A stretch of 64,000 bases of DNA from Thiovulum sp. ES (GCA_000276965.1 AKKQ01000002.1:1537-65536), one strand, 5' to 3'; positions 1 to 9,875 are shown, counted from the stretch's first letter. Numbers and translations are program-made. The notes: generated by a model from the sequence alone, not told the origin.

Positions 1-912
1 GCTTCTATCGGAATGTCATTTGCACTCTCAATGATTTTTGGTTCGCTTTTAGGCGGATATTTTGGTGTGGATTTCCTGTTTTTAATAACAGCACTTTTAA
101 CAATTATTGCACTTTATATGGCGACAAAAATTCAAAACGGCGGAAAAATTGAAATTATCTATCCAAAACGAGGAACAGAAGTTTCAATTTTTAGTAGAAA
201 AGAGATTTTATATCTTTTTGCATCATCATTTTTACAAAAAGGTGTAATGGCAATTACTTTTGTGATTATTCCAATTTTATTAACTGGGGATTTTGGTTGG
301 GAAAAATCTGAACTTTGGAAACTTTACATTCCTGCGATGATAATTGGACTTGCGACAATGCCAATCTCTATCAAAGTTGGTGAAAAAGGCGGAAATCCAA
401 AACTCGTATTTCTAATTTCAGCTTTTATGTTTGTAATTGTTGCGGGAATTCTCTCTTTTGGAAACAGTGAAAATCTTATAATTACAGCACTTCTACTTTT
501 CTTTCCTGCATTTAATTTAATTGAACCTCTAATTCAATCAATGGCGACAAAATTTGTTCGGGCAGATGAAAAAGGAAAAGTTCTCGGCTACACAAATTCA
601 TTTGCATATTTTGGGACTTTTTTCGGTGGAGTTGGTGCAGGAATTTTCCTTTCGTTTGGTAGTGTAAATGAGTTGGGAATGATTCTGATTGTTCTTTCTG
701 CGATTTGGTTCGTTTGGACTTTAACAATTAAAAATCCAATTCCAAAAGGAAATCTCTATTTAAAACACTCTCACTTTTTACAGCAAAAATTAGAACGAGG
801 TGATTTTGAGTTTGTTGATGAGTGGTATTTAAATGTTTCTGAAAATCTGCTTGTTGTCAAATTTGACAAGAAAAAATGGAATGAAGAAGATTTACTTCAA
901 AAAATAAAATAG
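1..912 (+). CDS. Polytopic membrane transporter, MFS-like, 5'-truncated by the window edge, with a soluble charged C-terminal tail
   Basis: The frame is open from nt 1. The translation is a series of hydrophobic helices (GSLLGGYFGVDFLFLITALLTIIALY, FMFVIVAGILSF, GTFFGGVGAGIFLSFG) followed by a charged ~60-aa tail. Family assignment rests on general appearance only. Confidence 0.45.
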   Translation, partial: ASIGMSFALSMIFGSLLGGYFGVDFLFLITALLTIIALYMATKIQNGGKIEIIYPKRGTEVSIFSRKEILYLFASSFLQKGVMAITFVIIPILLTGDFGWEKSELWKLYIPAMIIGLATMPISIKVGEKGGNPKLVFLISAFMFVIVAGILSFGNSENLIITALLLFFPAFNLIEPLIQSMATKFVRADEKGKVLGYTNSFAYFGTFFGGVGAGIFLSFGSVNELGMILIVLSAIWFVWTLTIKNPIPKGNLYLKHSHFLQQKLERGDFEFVDEWYLNVSENLLVVKFDKKKWNEEDLLQKIK

Positions 913-914
913 TT

Positions 915-1799
915 TTGAGAAAGAGTTTTTTCTATTTTGAGAGAGTTCTTTTCTCTCCAAAAATTTATGATTTTCCAATTATATTTTTGCTTTTGCCATT
1001 TTCGATAATTTTTTTTGGTTTTACTTTTTTTAATGCATTGCGAAAACACCTCATCGCTAAAAAGTTTCCAATCAAAGTTATCGGAGTTGGAAATCTAGTT
1101 TTAGGTGGAACAGGAAAAACTCCAATAACAATCTCACTCGCAAAAAATGTCGATGAGGTCGCAATAGTTTTACGAGGATATGGGCGAAAAAGTCGCGGGA
1201 TAATTCATATTTCAGAATGGGGAAAAATTCTAGAAAATGTAGAAATAAGCGGAGATGAAGCTATGCTTTATGCAAAATCCCTCTCAAATGCTTCTGTAAT
1301 TGTTTCAGAAAATCGCGAAAATGGAATCAAAAAAGCGATTTCCATCGGTGCAAAAACTGTTTTTCTTGACGACTCGTATCGACAACACCAAATTTATAAA
1401 GATGTTGAATTTATTATAGAAAGTAATACGAAAAACTTTCTACCTTTTCCCGCAGGTGCATATCGAGAAAGATTGTGGTTCTTTAAAAAAAATATCCAAA
1501 TTCTAAAAGAGAATATAGATTTTGAACGAAAAGTCTCTTTTTCCCAAGACAAAAATCTAGTTTTAGTAACTGCAATTTCAAAACCAGAACGACTCTCCAA
1601 ATTTGTAGATGAAATTCCAAAATACTTTTTTCCCGATCATCACAATTTCACAAAAAATGAATTGGTACAAATTTTAGAAAAAAGTGGAAAAACAAAAATT
1701 CTTACAACTGAAAAAGATTTTGTAAAAATTGAGAAATTCGGTTTTGATGTGGAAATTTTGAAACTTGAAATTATTTGGAAAAGAGAAATAGAGATTTGA
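915..1799 (+). CDS. lpxK: Tetraacyldisaccharide 4'-kinase
   Basis: TTG start. The P-loop context VIGVGNLVLGGTGKTPITISLAK and the ~294 aa size are typical of LpxK. Confidence 0.85.
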   Translation: MRKSFFYFERVLFSPKIYDFPIIFLLLPFSIIFFGFTFFNALRKHLIAKKFPIKVIGVGNLVLGGTGKTPITISLAKNVDEVAIVLRGYGRKSRGIIHISEWGKILENVEISGDEAMLYAKSLSNASVIVSENRENGIKKAISIGAKTVFLDDSYRQHQIYKDVEFIIESNTKNFLPFPAGAYRERLWFFKKNIQILKENIDFERKVSFSQDKNLVLVTAISKPERLSKFVDEIPKYFFPDHHNFTKNELVQILEKSGKTKILTTEKDFVKIEKFGFDVEILKLEIIWKREIEI

Positions 1800-1801
1800 G
1801 T

Positions 1802-1821
1802 TTGTCGGAAAAACCCGACAA
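1802..1821. terminator. Hairpin between convergent lpxK and moeA (TTGTCGG-aaaaac-CCGACAA)
   Basis: A 7-bp G/C-containing stem in an AT-rich spacer, with A/T runs on both sides. It lies between two stop codons (1799 and 1825). Confidence 0.6.
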
Positions 1822-1824
1822 ATT

Positions 1825-3063
1825 TTAATAAGTGAGTAACTCTTTTTGGAATTCACTACTCCAGTCAAATTTTGTTGAAATAAAACGGACAAATGAACCG
1901 CTTTTGATTTCAGAAACTGATTTATCCAAAATAATAAAACCGTTTGCTTCGTGTAGAGGTTTCACCATTCCTGGAGATCGTTTTTTGAGTGGTTTAAAAA
2001 CAGAGCCATCAAAATATCCAAGAACAACTGTGTTTTTTCCACTTTTAACTTTTAGATTTTCAAGAATTTCGCATTCAACAATTCCGATATGTTTTGCACG
2101 AATACCAGAAATTTGTGAAATTGCAATTCGTCCAAAAATCTCAAAATTGATAAGTCCTGCACTAGGATTTCCTGGAAGATTTAAAACTGCGACATCGCCA
2201 ATTTTCCCAAAAGTTGTTGGTTTCCCCGGTTTAATATGGACTCCACTAAAAATAGTTTCCATTCCCATTTCCGAAAAACTTTCGTGGGTAAAATCAGCTT
2301 CTCCAACACTTACTCCGCCAGAAGTAACGATGAGGTCGTATGAGAGTGAATTTTTTATCGCTTTTTTGATTTCAACTTTTGAGTCGCCTGAAATTCTAAA
2401 AAGTGAAATTTCTGCACCAAATTCTCGACTTCGATCTAAAATCATCGGGGAATTTGTATTGTAAATTTGGTGCGGTTCAATATTTTCAAAGTGCATTTTC
2501 AACTCTTTTCCTGTTGCAAAAACAACAACTCGCGGTTTTCGGAAAACTTCAATAAATGAGATACCTTGAGATGCAAAAAGACCTAACGAATATGCTGAAA
2601 GTTTTTCACCTTTTTCAACAATTTTTTCACCAACAGAAATATCTTCGCCCATTTTCCGAATATGATTATTTGGTTTTACAGAGTTTGGAATTTGTATCCA
2701 ATCATCTCCGCTTTCCTCAACATCTTCAAATGGAATTATCGAATTTACTCCGTTTGGAACTTTTGCACCAGTCATAATTTTTATACAAGTTCCCATCGGC
2801 AAGACCTCATCGCCAACACTATCACCCGCAAGGACTCGTTTCCAAATTTTCACTTTTTTTCCAACATCAATTATTGAAACTCCGTAGCCGTCCATTGCGG
2901 AATTGTCAAAATTTGGTAATGGATATTTTGCATATAAATCTTTTGCAAGAATTCGACCAAGTGCATTTTCAAGTGGAACTAATTCTGTGCCAACCATTTT
3001 TAACGAAGAGATGACTTTCTCAATTCCCTTCGTAATTTCTACAACTCTATTTGTCATTTTCAT
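1825..3063 (-). CDS. moeA: Molybdopterin molybdenumtransferase
   Basis: Carries the MoeA/gephyrin-E motifs MDGYGV, SGGVSVGEADFT and LPGNPSAG. 412 aa. Confidence 0.9.
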   Translation of the reverse strand: MKMTNRVVEITKGIEKVISSLKMVGTELVPLENALGRILAKDLYAKYPLPNFDNSAMDGYGVSIIDVGKKVKIWKRVLAGDSVGDEVLPMGTCIKIMTGAKVPNGVNSIIPFEDVEESGDDWIQIPNSVKPNNHIRKMGEDISVGEKIVEKGEKLSAYSLGLFASQGISFIEVFRKPRVVVFATGKELKMHFENIEPHQIYNTNSPMILDRSREFGAEISLFRISGDSKVEIKKAIKNSLSYDLIVTSGGVSVGEADFTHESFSEMGMETIFSGVHIKPGKPTTFGKIGDVAVLNLPGNPSAGLINFEIFGRIAISQISGIRAKHIGIVECEILENLKVKSGKNTVVLGYFDGSVFKPLKKRSPGMVKPLHEANGFIILDKSVSEIKSGSFVRFISTKFDWSSEFQKELLTY

Positions 3064-3403
3064 GAATTAGTGAAACCGAATTTACACAAAATCGTGCATT
3101 TTTTTCCGTCATTCTTTCGCCTCTAAAAACATGTCCGAGGTGTCCGCTACAATTTTTACAAACAATCTCAACTCGGTGTCCGTCGGCATCAGGAATTTCA
3201 GCTACATTATTTTCAATTCCTTCGTCAAATGAGGGCCAACCTGTTCCAGAATCAAATTTGCTCTCACTTTTAAAAAGAGGAGTTTCACATTTTTTGCAAT
3301 AGAAAATTCCGTCTTCGTAATATTTATTATATTTTCCAGTAAATGGATATTCTGTGCCTTTGTGAAGAATAATCCGTTCTTCTTCAGCTGTTAATTCTCT
3401 CAT
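3047..3403 (-). CDS. msrB: Peptide-methionine (R)-S-oxide reductase
   Basis: Carries CKKC and CKNC zinc pairs, GWPSF and HLGHVF motifs. I moved the start to ATG 3403, which is preceded by GGAG; the ORF track starts at 3439. The gene overlaps the moeA start by 17 nt. Confidence 0.85.
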   Translation of the reverse strand: MRELTAEEERIILHKGTEYPFTGKYNKYYEDGIFYCKKCETPLFKSESKFDSGTGWPSFDEGIENNVAEIPDADGHRVEIVCKNCSGHLGHVFRGERMTEKNARFCVNSVSLIHENDK

Positions 3404-3486
3404 TTTTTCTCCGAAATTTCTTTTCAAACAATAATACACTTTTAAGAAGTGAAATCCCCTTTTAAAGTGGGGACTTTCAATATTTT

Positions 3487-4257
3487 TTAATTGAGAATAA
3501 CAACAAGGATAATAGAGCTAAGAAGATACCCGTCAGCTCTATCAAGAACTCCACCATGTCCAGGTAAGATATTTCCGCTATCTTTAATTCCACCAACTCT
3601 TTTGATATAACTTTCAAAAAGGTCTCCAAAAACTGAAGATATTGAAACAGCAAAAGCGATTAGGAATATTTGGGAATCTGAAAAATTTGGAAAAATCATT
3701 TCACCAACAAAAAATCCTCCAACTGTTCCGAAGAAAACTCCGCCAAAAACTCCCTCAAGTGTCTTTTTTGGTGAAGTGATTGAGAATTTTCGTTTTCCAA
3801 TTCCACGACCAACAAAATATGCCATTGTGTCGGTAAGAGCGACAGAGACAATTAAGAAAAGTAAAATATCATTTCCAAAACTTTTGTAAAGCTCAAAAAT
3901 GGCTAGAAATGGGAGAGTTGGATAAACAAGTAGATAAAAGTCCTCTTTATCAATCTGAGTAACAATAAATTTATCATTTTTAATTGTTGGTTTATATGCG
4001 AGAACTGAAAGAGAAACAACAAGCCCAACAAAGAAAATATCTGTTGGATTTTCTAAAAAAATAGAGAGAATTGAAAAGAGAACTCCAAAAGTATAGAAGT
4101 GAATATTTTTTCTGATTTTAAAAATTTCAATACTTTCAAAAATTGCGATGAGGTAAATAAGAGTTAAAAAAGTCCAAGTTAAAGGAAAAAAGTCTATCTC
4201 TCCAATAATAAAAATTAGAAGAACTAAAAATATTCCTGTGATAATTCTCTGTCTCAA
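3487..4257 (-). CDS. cdsA: Phosphatidate cytidylyltransferase (CDP-diglyceride synthase)
   Basis: Polytopic protein with the C-terminal signature SPKKTLEG...GDLFESYIKR...PGHGGVLDRADG. TTG start with AAGGA upstream. Confidence 0.85.
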   Translation of the reverse strand: MRQRIITGIFLVLLIFIIGEIDFFPLTWTFLTLIYLIAIFESIEIFKIRKNIHFYTFGVLFSILSIFLENPTDIFFVGLVVSLSVLAYKPTIKNDKFIVTQIDKEDFYLLVYPTLPFLAIFELYKSFGNDILLFLIVSVALTDTMAYFVGRGIGKRKFSITSPKKTLEGVFGGVFFGTVGGFFVGEMIFPNFSDSQIFLIAFAVSISSVFGDLFESYIKRVGGIKDSGNILPGHGGVLDRADGYLLSSIILVVILN

Positions 4258-4640
4258 GATATAAGAATCCTTTTTTGTAATTCTATTTAAATTGTTCCTA
4301 TGTTATGAATTTTGATAAAAAAGTTCATTTTTATTAAAAAACTTTAATAAAACTACAAAGTAGTTTTATGTGGCATAAACACAACACCTCTATCCCTTAG
4401 AAAATTTGCATCAGGGACTACTTTTCAATATGCTTTTTTAGTTTATAGCACTAATTTTTGCTTCATATTTCTATGACTTGTGTAAAAAACTGGCATACAA
4501 CTAAAGACATTTTACAAAATAGTAGATTTTCTACTTTAACTCTTCACCTGTCTTGACTGAATTATAGCAAAAAAACTTATTTGTAAATACTAAAAAACTT
4601 AATAAGTTTTAATAAAAATCAAAACTATATTCCGAATTTC

Positions 4641-4649
4641 TGATAGAAT
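4641..4649 (+). promoter_or_regulatory. Candidate extended -10 promoter of obg (TGaTAGAAT)
   Basis: TGnTAGAAT lies about 26 nt upstream of the obg TTG. AGGAG at 4664-4668 serves as the RBS. Confidence 0.4.
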
Positions 4650-4674
4650 AAAAAATTAGGTTTAGGAGTATGAT

Positions 4675-5667
4675 TTGTTTATAGATAAAGTCTCAATAAA
4701 GCTCTCTTCAGGAAAAGGCGGTGCGGGTGCTGTTAGTTGGAGGAGAGAGAAATTTGTTCCACTTGGAGGCCCAGATGGTGGAGCTGGAGGTAGAGGTGGC
4801 GATGTTATTTTAAAAGTTGATAATAACAGCCACACTCTTGCAAATTTCCGTGGGGTTAAACACCTAAAAGCGGAAAATGGTAAAAACGGAATGCCGAAAA
4901 ATGCGACAGGAAGAAGTGGTCAAAATCTCATTGTCTCTATTCCTCCAGGAACTCAGGTTTTTGATTTGGAAACAGATGAGCTTCTATATGATTTGGTTGA
5001 AAATGGCGATGAGGTTCTTTTTTTAAAAGGCGGGAAGGGTGGTTTAGGAAATTCATCTTTTAAGAGTTCAAGAAATCAACAACCAAAAAAGTCTCAACCT
5101 GGAATACCAAGTGAGTCAAAAGAGGTTCGTCTTGAAATGAAACTTATTTCGGATATTGCACTTGTTGGATTTCCAAATACTGGAAAATCAACTCTTATTT
5201 CAACAATTTCAAATGCTCGTCCAGAAATTGCAAATTATGAATTCACAACACTAACACCAAAACTTGGAACAGTTGTAATTGATTATGACAAAAGTTTTGT
5301 AATAGCAGATATTCCTGGATTGATTGAGGGTGCGAGTGATGGAAAAGGGCTAGGAATTGAGTTCTTGACTCATATTGAACGGAGTGAATTTTTGCTTTTT
5401 ATGCTTGATATTTCAAACTATCGAGAGACTAAAGAGCAGTATGATAAATTACGAATTGAAATAGAAAGATTTTCGGAAACCCTTTCAAAGCGGGATTTTG
5501 CCATAGCTTTAACTAAAATTGATACTATTTCAGATGAGACTTTTAATATCGATGAATTAGTGAATCAATTTACAGAACTTGGAGCAAAATTTGTTTTACC
5601 TATCTCTTCAGTTTCTGGTAAAAATATTGATCAACTCAAATTTAAGCTTTGGGAAGCGATAAATTAA
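4675..5667 (+). CDS. obg: GTPase Obg/CgtA
   Basis: Canonical N-terminus MFIDKVSIKLSSGKGGAGAVSWRREKFVPLGGPDGGAGGRGGDV. G1 motif GFPNTGKST and DIPGLIEGA are present. The TTG start is fixed by the conserved N-terminus and an AGGAG RBS. Confidence 0.95.
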   Translation: MFIDKVSIKLSSGKGGAGAVSWRREKFVPLGGPDGGAGGRGGDVILKVDNNSHTLANFRGVKHLKAENGKNGMPKNATGRSGQNLIVSIPPGTQVFDLETDELLYDLVENGDEVLFLKGGKGGLGNSSFKSSRNQQPKKSQPGIPSESKEVRLEMKLISDIALVGFPNTGKSTLISTISNARPEIANYEFTTLTPKLGTVVIDYDKSFVIADIPGLIEGASDGKGLGIEFLTHIERSEFLLFMLDISNYRETKEQYDKLRIEIERFSETLSKRDFAIALTKIDTISDETFNIDELVNQFTELGAKFVLPISSVSGKNIDQLKFKLWEAIN

Positions 5668-5693
5668 AGTCTTATAAAAATGGAGGTTTTTTA

Positions 5694-7994
5694 ATGGAAA
5701 AGTTAAAAAAGTATAGTTTTATTGCAATTATAATCGCGGTCTATTTTGTTTTGCAAATAGGAACTTTTAGTTATTTTGATAGCAAATACGATTCTGAAAT
5801 TGAAAATTTACTTGAAACTACTCAAAAAGCTAATTTAGATCAAATAGTAATTGGTGAAGAAAAAATTAAAAATATTGTCTCTCAAGAGATGATTGATATT
5901 CTTCATAAAGAGGAAGAGATTGGGAGAATTCTTTCAAAAGTTGATTTAGGAAATGAGAAAAGGTTTCAAAAACTTCGAGAAAATTTAGAAGATATTCTTG
6001 AAGAGCCTTTTCAAAAACTTCAAAAAAGTGGTTTTGCGAATTTACATATTCACTTAACAAACAAAGTATCTTTTTTAAGAATGCATGATTTTGATAAATT
6101 TGGAGATAATCTCGATTTTCGAGAATCTGTAAATATTATAAATTTGGAAAATAGTTCTATTCACGGTTTTGAAAGTGGTCGAACAGCGAATGTTTTTAGA
6201 TACATTGTTCCTCTTTTTTACAAAAGTGAGTTTGTTGGTAGTTTAGAAGTTGGCTATACAGAAGAGAAACTTTTTGAGATTCTAAAAGAGATTTATCCAA
6301 CAGATAATTACTATTTTTTGATCGATGAAGAGAGTGTAAAATTACTTGATAAATATAAGGAAGATTTTGAAAATCTTAGAAACACATCTTTTTTAACAAG
6401 AAAAGAGTCTTTAATTCCTGAGAATGTTGCAGAAGAGATTTTAAAAATTGAGAACCTAAGAGATTTTTCTAAAACATCAACTATTTTTGAAGAGAAACAA
6501 ATTTTAAATTTAATTCCTATTCAAAATTTTGCAAATAAAAATATCGCATACATTATAAGTGTTCAACAGAATGATCAAATTGCAAAAATTCAAAGTAACA
6601 ATTGGACAGATATTTTACTAGCATCTTTCCTTCTGATTTCTCTTTTAGCTCTTGCAATTTACAGAGAGATTCAAAGAAATTTTGTCTCTTTTGAAGAAAA
6701 ATATCTAAATTCAATTCTGAACTCTCAAAAAGATATTATTTTTGTTTCCGATGGCAAAAAAGTTTCAAATGCAAATAGTGCTTTCTTAAATTTCTTTTCT
6801 ATAACATCAATAAAAAATTTCAACAAAAATAGTAAATGTGTTTGCGACTTTTTTGAGAAAATTGAAAAACCTGACTATATTTATAAAGATAAATTTGATA
6901 GAAGTTGGATTAAAACAGTTCTGGATAATCCAGAAACTGACTTTAGAGTTGTTATTAAAAATAGCACTGGAAATCCTGTTACTTTCTCAATTTCTGCAAA
7001 ATATATGGATTTTGATACTAAAAAACAGAGTGTTATTACTCTCAAAAATATATCTACTTTTGTTGAGTATCACGACAAATTAGAAAAAGAAGTTTCTGAA
7101 CAGGCTCAAAGACTTGACGAAAATATCAGAATTATTGAAGAGAATGTAATTGTTACGGGAACTGATAAAAATGGTATTATTAATTATGTTTCTGAAGCAT
7201 TTTTACGAATGAGCGGATACAGTCGAGAAGCTATTATTGGAAAAAGACACTCTCTCTTTAAGCACCCTGATACTCCGAGAGAACTTTATAAAGACCTTTG
7301 GAATACAATTACAAACGGCGATGTTTGGGAGGGTGAAATTCAAAATTTAGACTCTTTTGGTCGGGATTATTGGATGAAAGTAAATATTCACCCACGACGA
7401 GATGCTAAAAATCGAATTGATGGTTATGTTGCAATTCGCCAAGATATTACTGATAAAAAGCAAGTTGAGTGGATGCAAAAAAGAGACCAACTTACTTCTC
7501 TTGGAAATCGAGAATACTTTAAACAAGTTTTTGAAGAGACGGTTAAAGAGAATATTTCAAATGACAAACCAGTTTCACTTGTTCTTATTTTTATGGACAA
7601 TTTACGAGAATACAATATTAATTATTCACTACAAAAAGGGGATTCTCTAATCCGAAGTATTGCTGTAATTTTACGAAAACATGCGACTTGCGGAAAAGAT
7701 GCGATATTTAGACTTGCGGGTGGTGAATTTACAGTTCTTTGTGGTTTTAAAGATGAGGGAGAATTAAAAGAGTTTTCTGAAAGAATTCGACAAGCAGTTG
7801 AAAATGCGGGATACCATCACAATGCAAACGGCGAACACAATGTTGCGACAATTTCAGTTGGTGCATTCTTCTCTGAAAACTTAAATCCAGAACACGATGG
7901 CGATCAAATTTATGCCGAAGTATCTTCATTGATTCAAGTTTCTCGACGAAAAGGTGGAAACACTGTTGAAATGCTTGTTGATAATCCAGATTAG
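5694..7994 (+). CDS. Membrane sensor: periplasmic Cache-like region, TM helix, two PAS-like regions, degenerate GGDEF domain
   Basis: N-terminal TM (YSFIAIIIAVYFVLQIG), a ~270-aa extracytoplasmic region and a second TM (ILLASFLLISLLALAIY). PAS-like segments follow (e.g. GIINYVSEAFLRMSGYSREAIIGKRHSLFKHPD). The C-terminal GGDEF fold reads RLAGGEF instead of RxGG(D/E)EF. I moved the start to ATG 5694 after GGAGG. Confidence 0.8.
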   Translation: MEKLKKYSFIAIIIAVYFVLQIGTFSYFDSKYDSEIENLLETTQKANLDQIVIGEEKIKNIVSQEMIDILHKEEEIGRILSKVDLGNEKRFQKLRENLEDILEEPFQKLQKSGFANLHIHLTNKVSFLRMHDFDKFGDNLDFRESVNIINLENSSIHGFESGRTANVFRYIVPLFYKSEFVGSLEVGYTEEKLFEILKEIYPTDNYYFLIDEESVKLLDKYKEDFENLRNTSFLTRKESLIPENVAEEILKIENLRDFSKTSTIFEEKQILNLIPIQNFANKNIAYIISVQQNDQIAKIQSNNWTDILLASFLLISLLALAIYREIQRNFVSFEEKYLNSILNSQKDIIFVSDGKKVSNANSAFLNFFSITSIKNFNKNSKCVCDFFEKIEKPDYIYKDKFDRSWIKTVLDNPETDFRVVIKNSTGNPVTFSISAKYMDFDTKKQSVITLKNISTFVEYHDKLEKEVSEQAQRLDENIRIIEENVIVTGTDKNGIINYVSEAFLRMSGYSREAIIGKRHSLFKHPDTPRELYKDLWNTITNGDVWEGEIQNLDSFGRDYWMKVNIHPRRDAKNRIDGYVAIRQDITDKKQVEWMQKRDQLTSLGNREYFKQVFEETVKENISNDKPVSLVLIFMDNLREYNINYSLQKGDSLIRSIAVILRKHATCGKDAIFRLAGGEFTVLCGFKDEGELKEFSERIRQAVENAGYHHNANGEHNVATISVGAFFSENLNPEHDGDQIYAEVSSLIQVSRRKGGNTVEMLVDNPD

Positions 7995-8003
7995 GAAAAG
8001 AGT

Positions 8004-8582
8004 TTGAATTACACAAAAGAGGAGATTTTAAATCTCCAAAACGATCCTGTTTTTCTTCACGAACTACAAAGAATTGAGAAAGAGGGTGTCGAAAAAAGCG
8101 ACCTCATCGCCCTTTACGATGTTCTTGATTCTGTTTTACTTTTTGAGCGAGAAGAGAGTGAAAGAGTAAATAAGATTTATGAAGAGATTTTAAAAATTGC
8201 GTTTCAAAAACTGCATGATAAATTACAAAACCGAGATATTTTTTCACTCGATGAGGTGAGCGAACATCTTTCTCTCCGTGCTTTATATGAATTTGGAATT
8301 GATAATTTTGGTAAAAAGAACTTTGAAGAAGCAAAAGAAGTTTTTTTAGCTCTCTCAATGCTTTCTGATAATCCAGAATTTCGTGGTGCAATGCAAATTC
8401 ACCTTGTTGGAGTTTTAAAAAAAATGGTTTTTGAAGAATTCGTTGATGAATACATCGATTTGGAAAGCAAAAATGACAGCTATTTTTTACTCTATTTTAA
8501 AGACAGTGCAAACGGATTTTTACACGAAAACAGAAATCTTATTTTAAATGCTGTGCGGGAAATTGAAAGTAGAAAAAGTTGA
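8004..8582 (+). CDS. Hypothetical helical protein (192 aa)
   Basis: The ORF is in an operon-like position, overlapping the murC start by 4 nt (TTGA). It carries two copies of the CGATGAGGT word. I recognise no family. Confidence 0.4.
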   Translation: MNYTKEEILNLQNDPVFLHELQRIEKEGVEKSDLIALYDVLDSVLLFEREESERVNKIYEEILKIAFQKLHDKLQNRDIFSLDEVSEHLSLRALYEFGIDNFGKKNFEEAKEVFLALSMLSDNPEFRGAMQIHLVGVLKKMVFEEFVDEYIDLESKNDSYFLLYFKDSANGFLHENRNLILNAVREIESRKS

Positions 8583-9871
8583 GAATACACTTTATCGGAA
8601 TTGGCGGAGTCGGAATCTCTGGTCTCGCCAAATACTTGCATTTTCTTGGACACAAAATTTCTGGTTCTGATGTAATTACAAGTAAAATGAGTCGAGATGT
8701 TGCAGGTTTGGGAATTCCTGTCTCTATTCCGCATTCTGGCGACCTCATCGATTCGGAAATAGAATTGATTGTTCATTCCGCTGTAATCAAACCATCAAAT
8801 CCTGAAATTATTCGAGGAAAAGAACTCCAAATCAAAATTCTCTCTCGTGCTGAAGCTTTAAAATTTATTTTAAAAGATAAAAAGGTTTTTTCTATTTGCG
8901 GTGCGCATGGAAAAAGCACAACTGGGGCGATGCTTTCAGTTTTGATTGAAGAGAACTCTATTATTGGTGCTTACAATAAAACTTATGGCTCAAATGTGAA
9001 ATATTGCGAGGGAGAAAATCTTGTTTTTGAAGCTGATGAAAGCGATGGTAGTTTTTTAAACTCAAATCCATTTTACAGCATCGTAACAAATTGCGAACCT
9101 GAACACATGGAATTTTACAACTACGATTATGGCACTTTCTATAAATCGTATCATCAATTTTTAGAGAAATCAAAAAAACGAGTTATAAATGCCGAAGACC
9201 CATTTATGAAAGATTTAGATTTAGAAGCAATTCGACTTTATCCGTCAAAAGATATAAAAATTTTGCGGTCTTTTCTTTTTGAAAATGAACCTTTTATAGA
9301 GTTTTCATTAAAAGAGTTCGGGACTTTTTCAGTTTTTGGTTTTGGCGAACATATTGCAATTGATGCTTCACTTTCGATTTTGACGGCACTCGATTTCGGT
9401 ATTTCTGTCGATGAGGTTCGGGAAAGATTAAAAAATTATCGGGGAATTGAAAAGCGATTTGATATTTTGCAAAACAGAGATAATTTTATTTTGATTGACG
9501 ATTATGGACATCATCCAACTGAAATTGAGGCAACTCTCGGTTCGGCAATTCAATTTGCAAAAATGCGGGGAATTGAAAATATCACAGCAATTTGGCAACC
9601 ACATAAATATAGCCGAACACTTGATAATATTGAGCATTTCCAAAGATGTTTTAACGGTGTTTCAAAGTTGATTATTTTGCCAGTTTGGAAAGCGGGAGAA
9701 GAGGAAGTTGAAATTGATTTTAAAACTCTTTTTAGCAGATACAATTTGGAATTTACGGAAAAATTGCAAACGGAAAAAGGCTGTGTTCGATTATCAAATG
9801 GAGATAAATTAGAAAGCGGTCTAATTATCGGATTTGGTGCTGGAGATATAACTTACCAGTTACGAAAATAG
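8579..9871 (+). CDS. murC: UDP-N-acetylmuramate--L-alanine ligase
   Basis: N-terminus MRIHFIGIGGVGISGLAKYL, GAHGKSTT P-loop, and the Mur ligase C-terminal region DDYGHHPTEI. Confidence 0.9.
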   Translation: MRIHFIGIGGVGISGLAKYLHFLGHKISGSDVITSKMSRDVAGLGIPVSIPHSGDLIDSEIELIVHSAVIKPSNPEIIRGKELQIKILSRAEALKFILKDKKVFSICGAHGKSTTGAMLSVLIEENSIIGAYNKTYGSNVKYCEGENLVFEADESDGSFLNSNPFYSIVTNCEPEHMEFYNYDYGTFYKSYHQFLEKSKKRVINAEDPFMKDLDLEAIRLYPSKDIKILRSFLFENEPFIEFSLKEFGTFSVFGFGEHIAIDASLSILTALDFGISVDEVRERLKNYRGIEKRFDILQNRDNFILIDDYGHHPTEIEATLGSAIQFAKMRGIENITAIWQPHKYSRTLDNIEHFQRCFNGVSKLIILPVWKAGEEEVEIDFKTLFSRYNLEFTEKLQTEKGCVRLSNGDKLESGLIIGFGAGDITYQLRK

Positions 9872-9875
9872 AGAG

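Noticed and set aside
1832-2464. A 210-codon ORF on the + strand inside moeA. Similar long antisense ORFs occur at 38118-38669, 23809-24174, 25057-25404, 53310-53669 and 55447-55851.
   Set aside because: Each lies entirely antisense to a gene with strong family motifs. Their translations are low-complexity with no recognisable motifs or RBS. They are most likely shadow ORFs created by codon bias of the real gene.
4473-4556. A 27-codon ORF (MTCVKNWHTTKDILQNSRFSTLTLHLS) in the cdsA/obg spacer.
   Set aside because: It has no ribosome-binding site, no recognisable features, and a composition typical of random AT-rich sequence.
5649-5693. Upstream extensions of track ORFs at 5649, 15748, 22863, 37382, 33994-34071, 3404-3439, 53377 and 55824.
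   Set aside because: In each case a downstream start matches the conserved family N-terminus or the paralogue and has a better Shine-Dalgarno sequence. The extension overlaps the preceding gene or a leader.
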